This document shows positions 1 to 9,403 of a DNA stretch of 64,000 nt, in pieces. The position numbers and the translations under genes were made by a program. The first letter of the stretch is position 1; every line of letters starts with the position of its first letter. The stretch is from NCBI GenBank assembly GCA_025055215.1, contig JANWYO010000143.1:827-64826 (forward strand), in the 5' to 3' direction. Below the pieces are notes generated by a model. The model saw nothing but the letters and a program-made list of their open reading frames with translations. It did no database searches and had not been told where the DNA came from. Source of the stretch: Gemmataceae bacterium. Lineage in GTDB: Bacteria > Planctomycetota > Planctomycetia > Gemmatales > Gemmataceae.

Positions 1-87
1 CGACCGGAACCTCCGCTTCCCGCTCCGGCGTGGCATCCCGCCATGCCGGATGCCGGCCCACGGCGCGAGCTAGGGAGAGGTTGTCTC

Positions 88-2148
88 GTGAGCACTGTCA
101 TCGAACCGCTCAGCCCCACCCCCCCGCCGACGCATCCGTCTCACTTTCCTGGGACGGCCCCGGAGCCGGCGCGGCCGAACATCCCTGGTCGGCTTGGCCC
201 GGAGTGGCTCAATCGCCTCAAAGTCGCCATCGGCTTACCGAGCCAGCGACGGCTGGCGCGGGCCGCCCTCCTGGTGCCCGTCATCCGCCATTGGGAGAAA
301 GAGTTCAGCCGGCTCAGCGATGAGGAACTGCGGAAGCGCGGCTTGCAGCTGCGCGGCCGGGCACGGGCGGGTCAATCGCTCGACTCCCTCCTCCCGGAAG
401 CCTTCGGCCTGGTGTGCGTGGCGGCTCAGCGGACGATCGGCCTGCGTCCCTTCGATGTGCAGCTGGCTGGCGCCGTGGTCCTGCACCACGGCGCCCTGGC
501 GGAGCTGGCCACCGGCGAGGGCAAGACCCTCACCGCCGCCCTCCCCGCCTTCCTTAATGCCCTCCCCGGCCGCGGCGTCCACATCACGACCGTCAACGAC
601 TACCTCGCCAAACGCGACGCCGAGTGGATCGGTCCGATCTACAACGCTCTGGGCCTGACGGTCGGCGTGCTGCAAATGAAAATGCCCGAGCACGAACGCT
701 ACCAGGCCTACCGCTGCGACATCACTTACGGCACGGCCTCGGAATTCGGCTTCGACTTCCTCCGCGACCGCATCAAAGTCGCCGGGGAAAAAGGCCAAGC
801 CAGCCCCTTTTGGATGCCCTGGGACGCCAACGGCTATAGCCGACCGCTCGATCCCCGGGTCCAACGGGAGCACTACTTCGCCCTGGTGGATGAGGCGGAC
901 TGCATTTTCATCGACGAGGCCAGCACGCCCCTGATCATCGGCGAGCCGACGCGCTGGCTCAAGGAGGAGGAGCAGGTCGTCTATCTGTGGGCCGACCGGG
1001 TCGCCCGGTCTCTGGTGCGCGACGAGCATTTTATCCTCGATGAGAAAAAGCAGAAGATCGAGCTGACAGACGCTGGTAAGCACAAGGTCCGCTGGTCGAA
1101 CCCCCCTGCCGGTCCGCACTCCCACGCGATGGACAAGCTCCACGAACACGTGGAGCGGGCCTTGCACGCTCATCACCGTTTCCGCCGCGACCAGCACTAC
1201 ATGGTGGAATTTGACGACGTCTTCCAGAAACACAAGGTCTGTATCATCGACGAATACACCGGCCGGAAAATGCCCGACCGCCACTGGCAGGACGGCCTGC
1301 ACCAGGCGGTCGAGGCCAAAGAGGGAGTGCCGATCACCAAGGCGACGGAACACGCGGCCCAAATCACGTATCAGACTTATTTCAGGCTTTACAAGAAGCT
1401 GTCGGGCATGACCGGCACCGCATACCAGAACTGGTGGGAGATTCGCCGGGTCTACAAGATCTGGGTGGTATGCGTGCCGACGAATCGGCCGGTCATCCGC
1501 GAGCACTGGCCGGAGAAAATCTTCCCCACCGAAGACGCCAAGTTTGCCGCCATCACCGAGGACGTGGCCAAGCTTCAGGCGGCGGGGCGTCCGGTCCTGG
1601 TCGGCACCCGGTCGGTCGAGAAATCGGAGAAGTTGAGCGAGCTGTTTCGGCAGCGGGGCATCGTCCATCAGATGCTCAACGGCAAGCAGCCGGAACCAGA
1701 GGCGCTGGTGGTGGATCGGGCCGGCGAGCGGGGACGAGTGACCATCGCCACCAACATGGCCGGCCGGGGCACCGACATCAAACTCGGCCCCGGGGTGCGC
1801 GAGCTGGGCGGCCTGCACGTCATCGGCACGGAAATCCACTCCGCCCGCCGCATCGACCGGCAGCTGGCCGGTCGGGCGGCGCGTCAAGGCGATCCGGGAA
1901 GTTGCCAGTTTTACCTCTCCCTGGAAGACGAAATCCTGGAGGCCCTCGGCGAAGACAAGCAGCGGCAACTCCTTCAGCTGGCCCGCAGCGGGGCCAACCT
2001 CGATTGGCAGAAATTTCGCCCTCTTTTTTTCAAGGCCCAACGCCGCAGCGAACGCCGCCTCCGCCGGCAGCGGGTCGATCTGATGCTGTACGAGCGGCAT
2101 CGGCAGGAAATCCTCAAGGATCTCGGGGCGGATCCTTACGTCGATTGA
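88..2148 (+). CDS. secA: SecA-family preprotein translocase ATPase, short paralogue (about 686-701 aa, lacks the C-terminal HWD/CTL/zinc-finger part)
   Basis: ORF 43..2148 carries SecA NBD1 (FDVQLAGAVVLHHGALAELATGEGKTL, VHITTVNDYLAKRDAEW), a PPXD-like middle and NBD2 (TNMAGRGTDIKLG, GLHVIGTEIHSARRIDRQLAGRAARQGDPGS). It ends about 200 aa short of canonical SecA. GGGAGAGG-N7-GTG at 88 is preferred over ATG 43. Confidence 0.8.
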   Translation: MSTVIEPLSPTPPPTHPSHFPGTAPEPARPNIPGRLGPEWLNRLKVAIGLPSQRRLARAALLVPVIRHWEKEFSRLSDEELRKRGLQLRGRARAGQSLDSLLPEAFGLVCVAAQRTIGLRPFDVQLAGAVVLHHGALAELATGEGKTLTAALPAFLNALPGRGVHITTVNDYLAKRDAEWIGPIYNALGLTVGVLQMKMPEHERYQAYRCDITYGTASEFGFDFLRDRIKVAGEKGQASPFWMPWDANGYSRPLDPRVQREHYFALVDEADCIFIDEASTPLIIGEPTRWLKEEEQVVYLWADRVARSLVRDEHFILDEKKQKIELTDAGKHKVRWSNPPAGPHSHAMDKLHEHVERALHAHHRFRRDQHYMVEFDDVFQKHKVCIIDEYTGRKMPDRHWQDGLHQAVEAKEGVPITKATEHAAQITYQTYFRLYKKLSGMTGTAYQNWWEIRRVYKIWVVCVPTNRPVIREHWPEKIFPTEDAKFAAITEDVAKLQAAGRPVLVGTRSVEKSEKLSELFRQRGIVHQMLNGKQPEPEALVVDRAGERGRVTIATNMAGRGTDIKLGPGVRELGGLHVIGTEIHSARRIDRQLAGRAARQGDPGSCQFYLSLEDEILEALGEDKQRQLLQLARSGANLDWQKFRPLFFKAQRRSERRLRRQRVDLMLYERHRQEILKDLGADPYVD

Positions 2149-2241
2149 AGCCGACAGCGGCCCCCCGCGTGGTCGCGGCGCGACCGAAGAGTCTGCGGTG
2201 GGAAGCGTGGCACAGACAGTCAGACCTCACAGGCCAGCATC

Positions 2242-3005
2242 ATGGGTGTGTTGGAGCGGTTTCGCCTCGACGGCAAGCGGGCCTTAATTACGGGAGGAAG
2301 CCGGGGGCTGGGGCTGGCGATGGCCTCGGCCTTGGCCGAGGCCGGTGCCGACTTGGTTCTTGTCGGCCGCGAGGTCCAGGCCCTTCAGGCCAGCGGCCAG
2401 CAGCTGGAGCGCTTCGGCCGACGGGTCGATCTCCTCCCCGCTGACCTGGAGACGCCGGAAGGCACCGAGCGCATGTGTCAGGAAGCGCTGGCGCGCTTCT
2501 CCCCCATCCACATCCTGATCAACAACGTCGGCGGCCGACGCATCAACATCCCGACCGAGCAGATGCCGCTCGCCGAATGGCAGCGCATCCTCAACCTCAA
2601 CCTCACCAGCGCATTTTTGTGTTGCAAGCTGATCGGCGGCGCCATGCTGCCGCGCCGCTCCGGCCGGATCATCAACGTCGCCTCGATCTCCGGCATGATC
2701 GTCAATAAGGGGATCCACGGCCGGTCGTATGAAACCGCCAAGGCGGGGCTGATCGGCTTCACCAAGGCGTTGGCCGTCGATTGGGTACCGTACAACGTCA
2801 CGGTCAACGCGATCGCGGCCGGCGGGTTCATGACCGATCCCAACCGGCGGTGGTTTCAGCAGATGCCGGAGTTGAAGACGACCTTCGAGAGCATGGTGCC
2901 GATGGGCCGGCTCGGCGAGCCGGAGGAAATCGGGCCGTTGGCGTTGTATCTGGCCAGCGACGCCTCGAGCTACATGACCGGGGCCGCCGTCGTCATCGAC
3001 GGCGG

Positions 3006-3021
<16 letters not shown>
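2242..3021 (+). CDS. SDR-family oxidoreductase (gluconate 5-dehydrogenase / 3-oxoacyl-ACP reductase-like)
   Basis: Rossmann motif ITGGSRGLG, NNVG, catalytic S...YETAK (YxxxK), 259 aa. Confidence 0.85.
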
Positions 3022-3620
<599 letters not shown>

Positions 3621-3673
3621 GGGAATGGCGGCGACGCGGTGCCCCCGCGCCGGGCTGCGGCCCGGCCGCGGCT

Positions 3674-3949
3674 TTAGCTCTGGCGTTCGGGGATCGGCTG
3701 CGCACTATTGACGTTTTTGTATTTGGCCCGGCCCTCGGCTGGGTCGATTTTGATGAGGAACTCGGGTGAGGCGGTGATGTCGTACCAGCCGCCGTCCTGG
3801 AAATCGACCAGGGCTTTGTTGTTGTAGTTGACGGTGACGACGCGGCCGACGATGCCCTGAAAGCGCTTCAACTCGGGACGATTGGGGTTCACCACGACGA
3901 ATTGGTCGGTCCATTCACGCTTGAGGGCTTCATGGCTGGCTTGGCTCAT
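3674..3949 (-). CDS. Small hypothetical protein (91 aa)
   Basis: Balanced, non-shadow amino-acid composition (KREWTDQFVVVNPNRPELKRFQGIVGRVV). Same strand as its neighbours. No family recognised. Confidence 0.55.
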   Translation of the reverse strand: MSQASHEALKREWTDQFVVVNPNRPELKRFQGIVGRVVTVNYNNKALVDFQDGGWYDITASPEFLIKIDPAEGRAKYKNVNSAQPIPERQS

Positions 3950-3993
3950 GGCGAAGAGTCTCCCACGGTAAGGGACCGCGGCCCCGGCCGGCC

Positions 3994-4995
3994 TTAGGCT
4001 TCGCGGAAAGCACGGTCGCTCCCAGGCCGCGCCGCCGGCTCAAAGTCGAGGCGTTTGACGAACCGACACGCTTCTTCGGCGCCAAAGTCGCGGTTCATCC
4101 CCGGATCGCGCCACTCTACCGACAATGGGCCGTCGTAACCGATCTCGTTCAAGCCGCGGATGATGGCTTCCCAGTCAATCCCACCCCGGCCCGGTGAACG
4201 AACGTCCCAACCCCGTCGCGGATCCCCCGACGGCAGGTAGGAGCCGAGCAGGCCATTGCGGCCGTTCAGGTTCAGGATCACGTCCTTGATGTGCACATGA
4301 TAAATGCGCTGGGGAAAGCGGCGGAGGAATTCGACGGGATCGATCCCCTGCCAATGGAAGTGGCTGGGATCGAAGAGGAAGCCGAACTCCTCGCGGCCAT
4401 CGAGGGCATCCAGGGCCCGTTCGGCGCTGTACAGGTCGAAGGCGATCTGACCGGGATGGACTTCGAAGGCAAAGCGGACGCCGCAGTCGCGGCAAACGTC
4501 GAGGATCGGGTGCCAGCGACGGGCGAAGTCGGCGAAGCCGGCTGCCACCACATCGGCGGACGGGGCCGGGTAGCCGACGACATAGGACCACAGCGGCGAG
4601 CCGGTGAAGCCCGCGACCACGCCGACCCCCATCTGCTGAGCGACGCGGATGGTGGCCATCATTTCCTCGGCCGCCCGCTGGCGAACCCCCTCGGGTTGGC
4701 CGTCCCCCCACACATAGTCTGGCAAAAGCGCCTGGTGGCGGTCGTCGATGGGGTCGGCCACCGCTTGGCCGACCCGGTGGTTGCTGAGGACCGGCACGGT
4801 GAGGTCGTAGCGAGCGAGGAGGTCGAGTTTCCGTTGGCAGTAATCTTTGTCGCTTAAGGCCCGCTGGACCTCCAGGTGGTCGCCCCAGCAGCAGAGTTCC
4901 AGCCCTTGGTAGCCCCAATCGCTAGCCCGGTTGGCGACCTCCTCCAGGGGGAGGTCGGCCCAGGGACCGGTGAACAGGAGCACGCTCCGCGGCAT
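3994..4995 (-). CDS. Sugar phosphate isomerase/epimerase (xylose-isomerase-like TIM barrel)
   Basis: [25 protein letters not shown] and HVHIKD motifs typical of AP-endonuclease-2/XylA-like TIM barrels. Confidence 0.8.
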   Translation of the reverse strand: MPRSVLLFTGPWADLPLEEVANRASDWGYQGLELCCWGDHLEVQRALSDKDYCQRKLDLLARYDLTVPVLSNHRVGQAVADPIDDRHQALLPDYVWGDGQPEGVRQRAAEEMMATIRVAQQMGVGVVAGFTGSPLWSYVVGYPAPSADVVAAGFADFARRWHPILDVCRDCGVRFAFEVHPGQIAFDLYSAERALDALDGREEFGFLFDPSHFHWQGIDPVEFLRRFPQRIYHVHIKDVILNLNGRNGLLGSYLPSGDPRRGWDVRSPGRGGIDWEAIIRGLNEIGYDGPLSVEWRDPGMNRDFGAEEACRFVKRLDFEPAARPGSDRAFREA

Positions 4996-5053
4996 GGCGG
5001 GATCCCCAGGGTCGGCCGCTGGCGTCGGCGGAAGCCGACGCCAGCGGGGTCAC

Positions 5054-6877
5054 TCAGCTGGGCCGATTGGCGTCGCCATCGCCCGCCGTCGGCACCGTCT
5101 CGGAGCGCGGCGGGGTGCTCGTGGCGCGCAGCGTCGGCGCCTCCACCATCTGCGTGACCCCCGTGCCCTCGCCAGCCGGCGGCGCCGCAGTGCCTGGTGC
5201 CGGCGTCGTGGTGCTGTAGGGCGGCTGCTCCTCGTCATCCTCCTCCCGGTAGACTTCGTCCATGTCGGTGTCATCGACCTTGCGGCGCATCAGGAAGTAG
5301 ATGATGGTACTCGCTCCCCAGAAGTAGCTGTAGCCGAAGCCCAGCACCAGCAGGAAGAAGAGGTACGTCCACACCGCCACCAGGAAGGCGCCGATCTTGT
5401 TCACCACGCTCAGGGAGTTGTAGTACTTCTCGAACAGTTCCGGCACGATCTGCCCGTTGACGACCACGCTGTTCCCGTCAACCGTCGCCCCCTGGACCAG
5501 CAAGTCACGCCAGCCAAACGAGGTCGGGGCATAGACAAACAAATACGACGGCTCGCGCGGGGCCCACAATCCCTGGCCTCGGGCCACGCCCCATTTCGCC
5601 AGATAGACCACCAACGACCCCATGAACCCAACAAAAAAGACGACTACCGCTCCGTAGGCGACGGCCACCAGGCAGTACCAGATGTAGCTCCAGGCGCCTT
5701 GAAAGACGTAGGTGTAGGAGCGGCTGATGGCGTCGAAGCTGTCGCTTCCCTCGGCGCTGATGGTGGCGTTCATCATCGGCCAGCCGACGAGGCCCACGAG
5801 GACGACCGCCATGACGAGGCCGCCGAGCAAGGGGATCGGCCACAGGAGGCCGTCAAGCACGATGTCGCCCAAGCCGGGGATGATGGCGACGATGCCGAAG
5901 AGCATCAGGCCCACGACAACCGCGGCCACCAAACCGAGGGGCAAAAGGGGCGCCGACAAGTACGACAGGTAACGGGATCCGACGAAGCGGATGGCCTCTC
6001 CCATGCCGATTTTCTCGTTGCAGGCAAGTTCGACCGCTGCCATGCGGGTGATCGCCCCGCCGAAAAAGGCCCAAGTGGCCAGGGTCCACAGGATGACCAG
6101 GAGAAAGTAGAACCGGTTCACGAAGCCGGCGTTGGGAGAGAGGAAAAAGACCACCGGACGGAAAAACTTGACCAGTGGTTCAATGAGGACCGGGAACTGT
6201 CGCGTGACCAGCCACTCGCCGGCGTGCCCTGCCTCCCAAGGGATGCCGGTTTGACCAGTCACTAACAGGTAGGGGTTGGGGCCGCGGTCCTCAAAAAACG
6301 GCCACATCCGCAGTTGACCATACGGCTTCGGGCGACTGTCCAGCCATTTGCGCGGGGCTTCCTTACGCTTCCCGAGCAGAATTTCCTCGCGGATCTGGGC
6401 CCGAGTCTTCGAACCATCGGCGATTTCGGCGTTAATATTAGCAAACTGCGGGGCAAGCTGTTCGTATTCATCGGGTCCATCGGCAAGGTCGCCGGCGTCG
6501 AGGTACTCAACCTCTTTTTCGCTGGTCGGGGCGCTGCCGGCAGCCTGGTAGCGGAGGTTCCAGATGCGGCGGTCTTCCTTAAAATGTTGCCAGGCGAGTT
6601 GCCGGCCCAAGGACCTGCGCTTTTCCTCAGCGAGCTGGCTGTCGGTCGGTTCATACGCGCGAGTGTTGGCGAGGTAGTCCTCGGGTTGCGGTTTTTTGCT
6701 CGAGGCGATGAAGATGACGGCCAACAGCCACCAGCCGAAGGACATGACCAAGATTCCGGCGGCGGCCAAGAGTAGCTTCCGGGGATCCAAAGCGACGGCG
6801 AACCCGCGGAACAACTCCGTCCAAGGCAGCCATTGTCGGAAGTTCCCACTGCGCAGATCGACGTTTCCCTCGGCCAT
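5054..6877 (-). CDS. Multi-pass membrane protein, conserved hypothetical, with acidic then Pro/Thr-rich C-terminal tail
   Basis: ORF 5054..7183, start trimmed to ATG 6877 (MAEGNVDLRSG) preceded by GGAAGGAG. Several long hydrophobic segments. The upstream 102 codons lie in an intergenic repeat and look non-coding. Confidence 0.7.
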   Translation of the reverse strand: MAEGNVDLRSGNFRQWLPWTELFRGFAVALDPRKLLLAAAGILVMSFGWWLLAVIFIASSKKPQPEDYLANTRAYEPTDSQLAEEKRRSLGRQLAWQHFKEDRRIWNLRYQAAGSAPTSEKEVEYLDAGDLADGPDEYEQLAPQFANINAEIADGSKTRAQIREEILLGKRKEAPRKWLDSRPKPYGQLRMWPFFEDRGPNPYLLVTGQTGIPWEAGHAGEWLVTRQFPVLIEPLVKFFRPVVFFLSPNAGFVNRFYFLLVILWTLATWAFFGGAITRMAAVELACNEKIGMGEAIRFVGSRYLSYLSAPLLPLGLVAAVVVGLMLFGIVAIIPGLGDIVLDGLLWPIPLLGGLVMAVVLVGLVGWPMMNATISAEGSDSFDAISRSYTYVFQGAWSYIWYCLVAVAYGAVVVFFVGFMGSLVVYLAKWGVARGQGLWAPREPSYLFVYAPTSFGWRDLLVQGATVDGNSVVVNGQIVPELFEKYYNSLSVVNKIGAFLVAVWTYLFFLLVLGFGYSYFWGASTIIYFLMRRKVDDTDMDEVYREEDDEEQPPYSTTTPAPGTAAPPAGEGTGVTQMVEAPTLRATSTPPRSETVPTAGDGDANRPS

Positions 6878-6971
6878 GCCACGCTCCTTCCTTTGAAACC
6901 GGCTGTCGGTCGGCATCAAAGCGGGATTATAGAACTTGGCCAAGCAAAGGGAAACGTCCCGCAAAGGGGAG

Positions 6972-7158
6972 GGGGCTGCCGGATTTCGATGGGGCGAGGG
7001 AGCAGCGGGGGAAAGCGATCGATCGATTCGCCTTCGCGCCAGGATGGGCAAACGCCTGCCCGCACGCAGGGAGCGCGAAACGTTCCGTCGTGGGAAAAGA
7101 TGAATTGGCGGGGAGTGGGGAAAATCCGCCGCCTGGAGCGCGCAATACCGCCCTGAAA
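6972..7158 (-). repeat. Intergenic repeat family, copy 1
   Basis: The reverse complement aligns block by block with 51221..51441: TTCAGGGCGG..GCGCTCC..GGATTTTCCCCACTCCCCGCC..ATTCAT..CCCATCCTGGCGCGAAGGCGAATCGATCGATCGC..CCCCGCTGCTCCCTCGCCCC..GAAATCCGG. Confidence 0.65.
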
Positions 7159-7182
7159 GACAGGCGCACCGCAAGAGAGGCA

Positions 7183-7204
7183 CCCGCCCGCTGTCTCGGG
7201 CGGG
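7183..7204 (-). terminator. Stem-loop downstream of the beta-barrel gene (CCCGCCCG-N6-CGGGCGGG)
   Basis: 8-bp GC stem 50 nt after the stop at 7254, followed on the minus strand by the pyrimidine/T-rich TGCCTCTCTTGC. Confidence 0.4.
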
Positions 7205-7253
7205 GCCTGCACGGCAACCAATTCCGCGGCCGGAAGGACGCTCGCACGCCGCG

Positions 7254-8858
7254 TCAGAAGATGAAGCCGATGCCGGCGCTCAAGCCGTCGAAAATGCGGA
7301 ATTGCCGTTCCCACTGCGGGTCGGGGAAGCCGTAGTTGAAGGATACCGGCCGCGGCGACGCCACGGTGTTGAAGTAGGTCAGCAGGTCGTAGCCGACGTT
7401 CAACTGCACCCCTTCGATCGGATACCACCAGATTTTGGCGAACAGATCGAGTTCCGGCACGAGGGTCATTTCGTTACGGGAGCGTTTGCTGGAGATGTAG
7501 CGGTCGGCGCGTTCATACTTGGCCCGTTCCTTGACGAAGTTGGCCAGCAGCGAGAAGCGGAAGTCGAGGCTGAAGGAAAAGCCCCAACCGAGATACCATT
7601 CGCTGCCGCAACCGATCGTCGGACCCCAGAGTTGGTTGGAGACCACGTTGCTGTAGATGGCGGTCCATTCAGGGTTGGCGACGCCGCCGGTCCCGGGGAT
7701 GATCGTTCCCAGGTTCTCGGCAGTGAACGCCCCTCCGGGAATGTTCTGAAGGCCGGTGTTCGGCGTGGCGCCGACCGGCGGGAAGAGGATGACAAAAGAG
7801 TTGGGCGGAAAACTCACTCCGGGCGCTCCGATCGCCTGGGCGTTGGGGCTGGCGACCACTTGGATCTGGTATTCCGCCACGGGCTGACTGCGGGCGGTGG
7901 TGACCGCCGTCGTCCGCCAAGTGTACCGCTCCCAGATCGACGCATGTCGCGGCCCCACCAGGCCATAAACCCGGGCGTTGTCGCTCTGGTAAACGGGGAT
8001 TCGCACCATCGCCTGGTACTCATCGTAGCGCTGGACGAACTGATGCGACATCGCCGAGGCACCATTCCAGATACCGGGGGCGGCCCCGCGGACGATCAGG
8101 CCACCTTCGAGGTTGGGCGTAACCGCCGTGAACGGCCCGTAGTTCACAATCGTGAAGGGGCCAACCACGGCCCCCAAGCCGGTCGGATTCTGGATGGCAA
8201 ACAGGTCGGTGTTGCGGATGACGATCTGCGGATTGCCGAAGTTACGGGCGGCGGCAGTGTCCCCGAAGACGGCGATTTTTTCCGACGGCCCGAGGAACTC
8301 ATTCGGGAAATTCACGACCGGCGAATAGAGGAACGTGTCGAACGGTGACCGGTTGAAGCCGAAATTGGGGGGCAGCACCCCGGCTGACGCGGCGTACTTG
8401 GTTTGCGTGAGGTGCTTCCAGGCGAAATCAATGGTGATGCCTTCGCCGGCGAAGCGCCAGCCGAGATGGACGCCGATGCCGGGCTGAAACGAGTGGCCGC
8501 CCAGCTGGGCAGTGTCCAGCGCGGGCAGGCCGGTGCCGAAGAAGACGCCGGTGAAGGCCCGATTTTCGAAGCTGCCATTCAGGAGGGCCAAGGCGTCTTG
8601 AACGTCGCCGTTGGTGTCTTGGAAGCCGCGGAAGGCGACGGTTTGCTGTTTGAGCGGGTTGGTCTGGCGATAATACAGGAACTCGACGGCGGCGTAGAAT
8701 CCACCAGTTTCGGGGCGGTCGTGGTATAGCGGTAAGGGCCAAACGGGATCGGGGCGGCCGAGGTTAGGCCCGATGTCGCCTTGGGCCTGTGCCGCCGCCG
8801 GCACCAGGGCCAGGCCCGTGGTTAGCAGCCATGCCAGCCAAGCGGTCCGTGTACGCAT
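7254..8858 (-). CDS. Putative outer-membrane beta-barrel protein
   Basis: Start trimmed to ATG 8858 (AAGGAGA SD). Signal peptide MRTRTAWLAWLLTTGLALVPAAAQAQ. Gly/aromatic-rich alternating sequence. C-terminal GLSAGIGFIF ends in Phe, as in beta-barrel OMPs. Confidence 0.65.
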   Translation of the reverse strand: MRTRTAWLAWLLTTGLALVPAAAQAQGDIGPNLGRPDPVWPLPLYHDRPETGGFYAAVEFLYYRQTNPLKQQTVAFRGFQDTNGDVQDALALLNGSFENRAFTGVFFGTGLPALDTAQLGGHSFQPGIGVHLGWRFAGEGITIDFAWKHLTQTKYAASAGVLPPNFGFNRSPFDTFLYSPVVNFPNEFLGPSEKIAVFGDTAAARNFGNPQIVIRNTDLFAIQNPTGLGAVVGPFTIVNYGPFTAVTPNLEGGLIVRGAAPGIWNGASAMSHQFVQRYDEYQAMVRIPVYQSDNARVYGLVGPRHASIWERYTWRTTAVTTARSQPVAEYQIQVVASPNAQAIGAPGVSFPPNSFVILFPPVGATPNTGLQNIPGGAFTAENLGTIIPGTGGVANPEWTAIYSNVVSNQLWGPTIGCGSEWYLGWGFSFSLDFRFSLLANFVKERAKYERADRYISSKRSRNEMTLVPELDLFAKIWWYPIEGVQLNVGYDLLTYFNTVASPRPVSFNYGFPDPQWERQFRIFDGLSAGIGFIF

Positions 8859-9011
8859 ATGCCCCGTCTCCTTCATTGCGAGATCCCGTTGCGCGTCGCC
8901 GGCCCGGGGAGTCCCCCTTCCCGCGGGCGGCGATCCCCCGTGGCGCGCGGTCACGCCGCGGCGCGTCCGCACGTGCGTGTTGCGTTGCCTGCCAGAAATT
9001 GAAGGCGGCGG

Positions 9012-9039
9012 ACCATACCGCGCCCACGGCCAAGGTCAA
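9012..9039 (-). promoter_or_regulatory. Sigma70-like promoter candidate TTGACC-N16-TATGGT for the beta-barrel gene
   Basis: Hexamers read on the minus strand, 17 nt downstream of the 3' end of repeat copy 2 and about 150 nt upstream of ATG 8858. Confidence 0.35.
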
Positions 9040-9056
9040 GAGGAAATTCTTGAACG

Positions 9057-9267
9057 CCCCTCTGTTTTTCGGCGGGGCGGCGGTGCAGCCGCGGAGCGCG
9101 GCTCCTCGGTTCGCGCTGGGGCGAGGATGGGAGGCACGTGCCGAGCACGCAGGGAGGTTTCACGATTGATCACACCTCGCGCTGGCTGCGTCCCGAGCGA
9201 ACGCCAGCCAATGAATCGTTGCGGCGGGGAGTGGGGATGTGACTCGGTGGCGCGAGCGGCACCGAAC
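9057..9267 (-). repeat. Intergenic repeat family, copy 2
   Basis: The reverse complement shares CATCCCCACTCCCCGCC, GATTCAT..GGCGTTCGC, the ACGCAG/CTGCGT hairpin, CCTCCCATCCTCGCCCCAGCGCGAACCGA, CGCTCCGCGGCTGCACC and AAAAACAGAGGGG with the other copies. Confidence 0.7.
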
Positions 9268-9403
9268 GGGCTGGGGCCAGCAATTGGGCTTCCCAGCTGG
9301 TTTCCGGGGCGCGCTGGGGTACACCGGCCCGTATGGCCCCAGCCCAGGCAGAAGCCGGGGGTTGCTCGGCGCTTTCCGGCTTCAGCCGGAAAGCGCCGGC
9401 GGC

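Noticed and set aside
5054-5230. Pro/Thr/Ala-rich C-terminal region of the membrane protein as a nucleotide tandem repeat
   Set aside because: Compositional bias only. No periodic repeat unit is visible at the DNA level.
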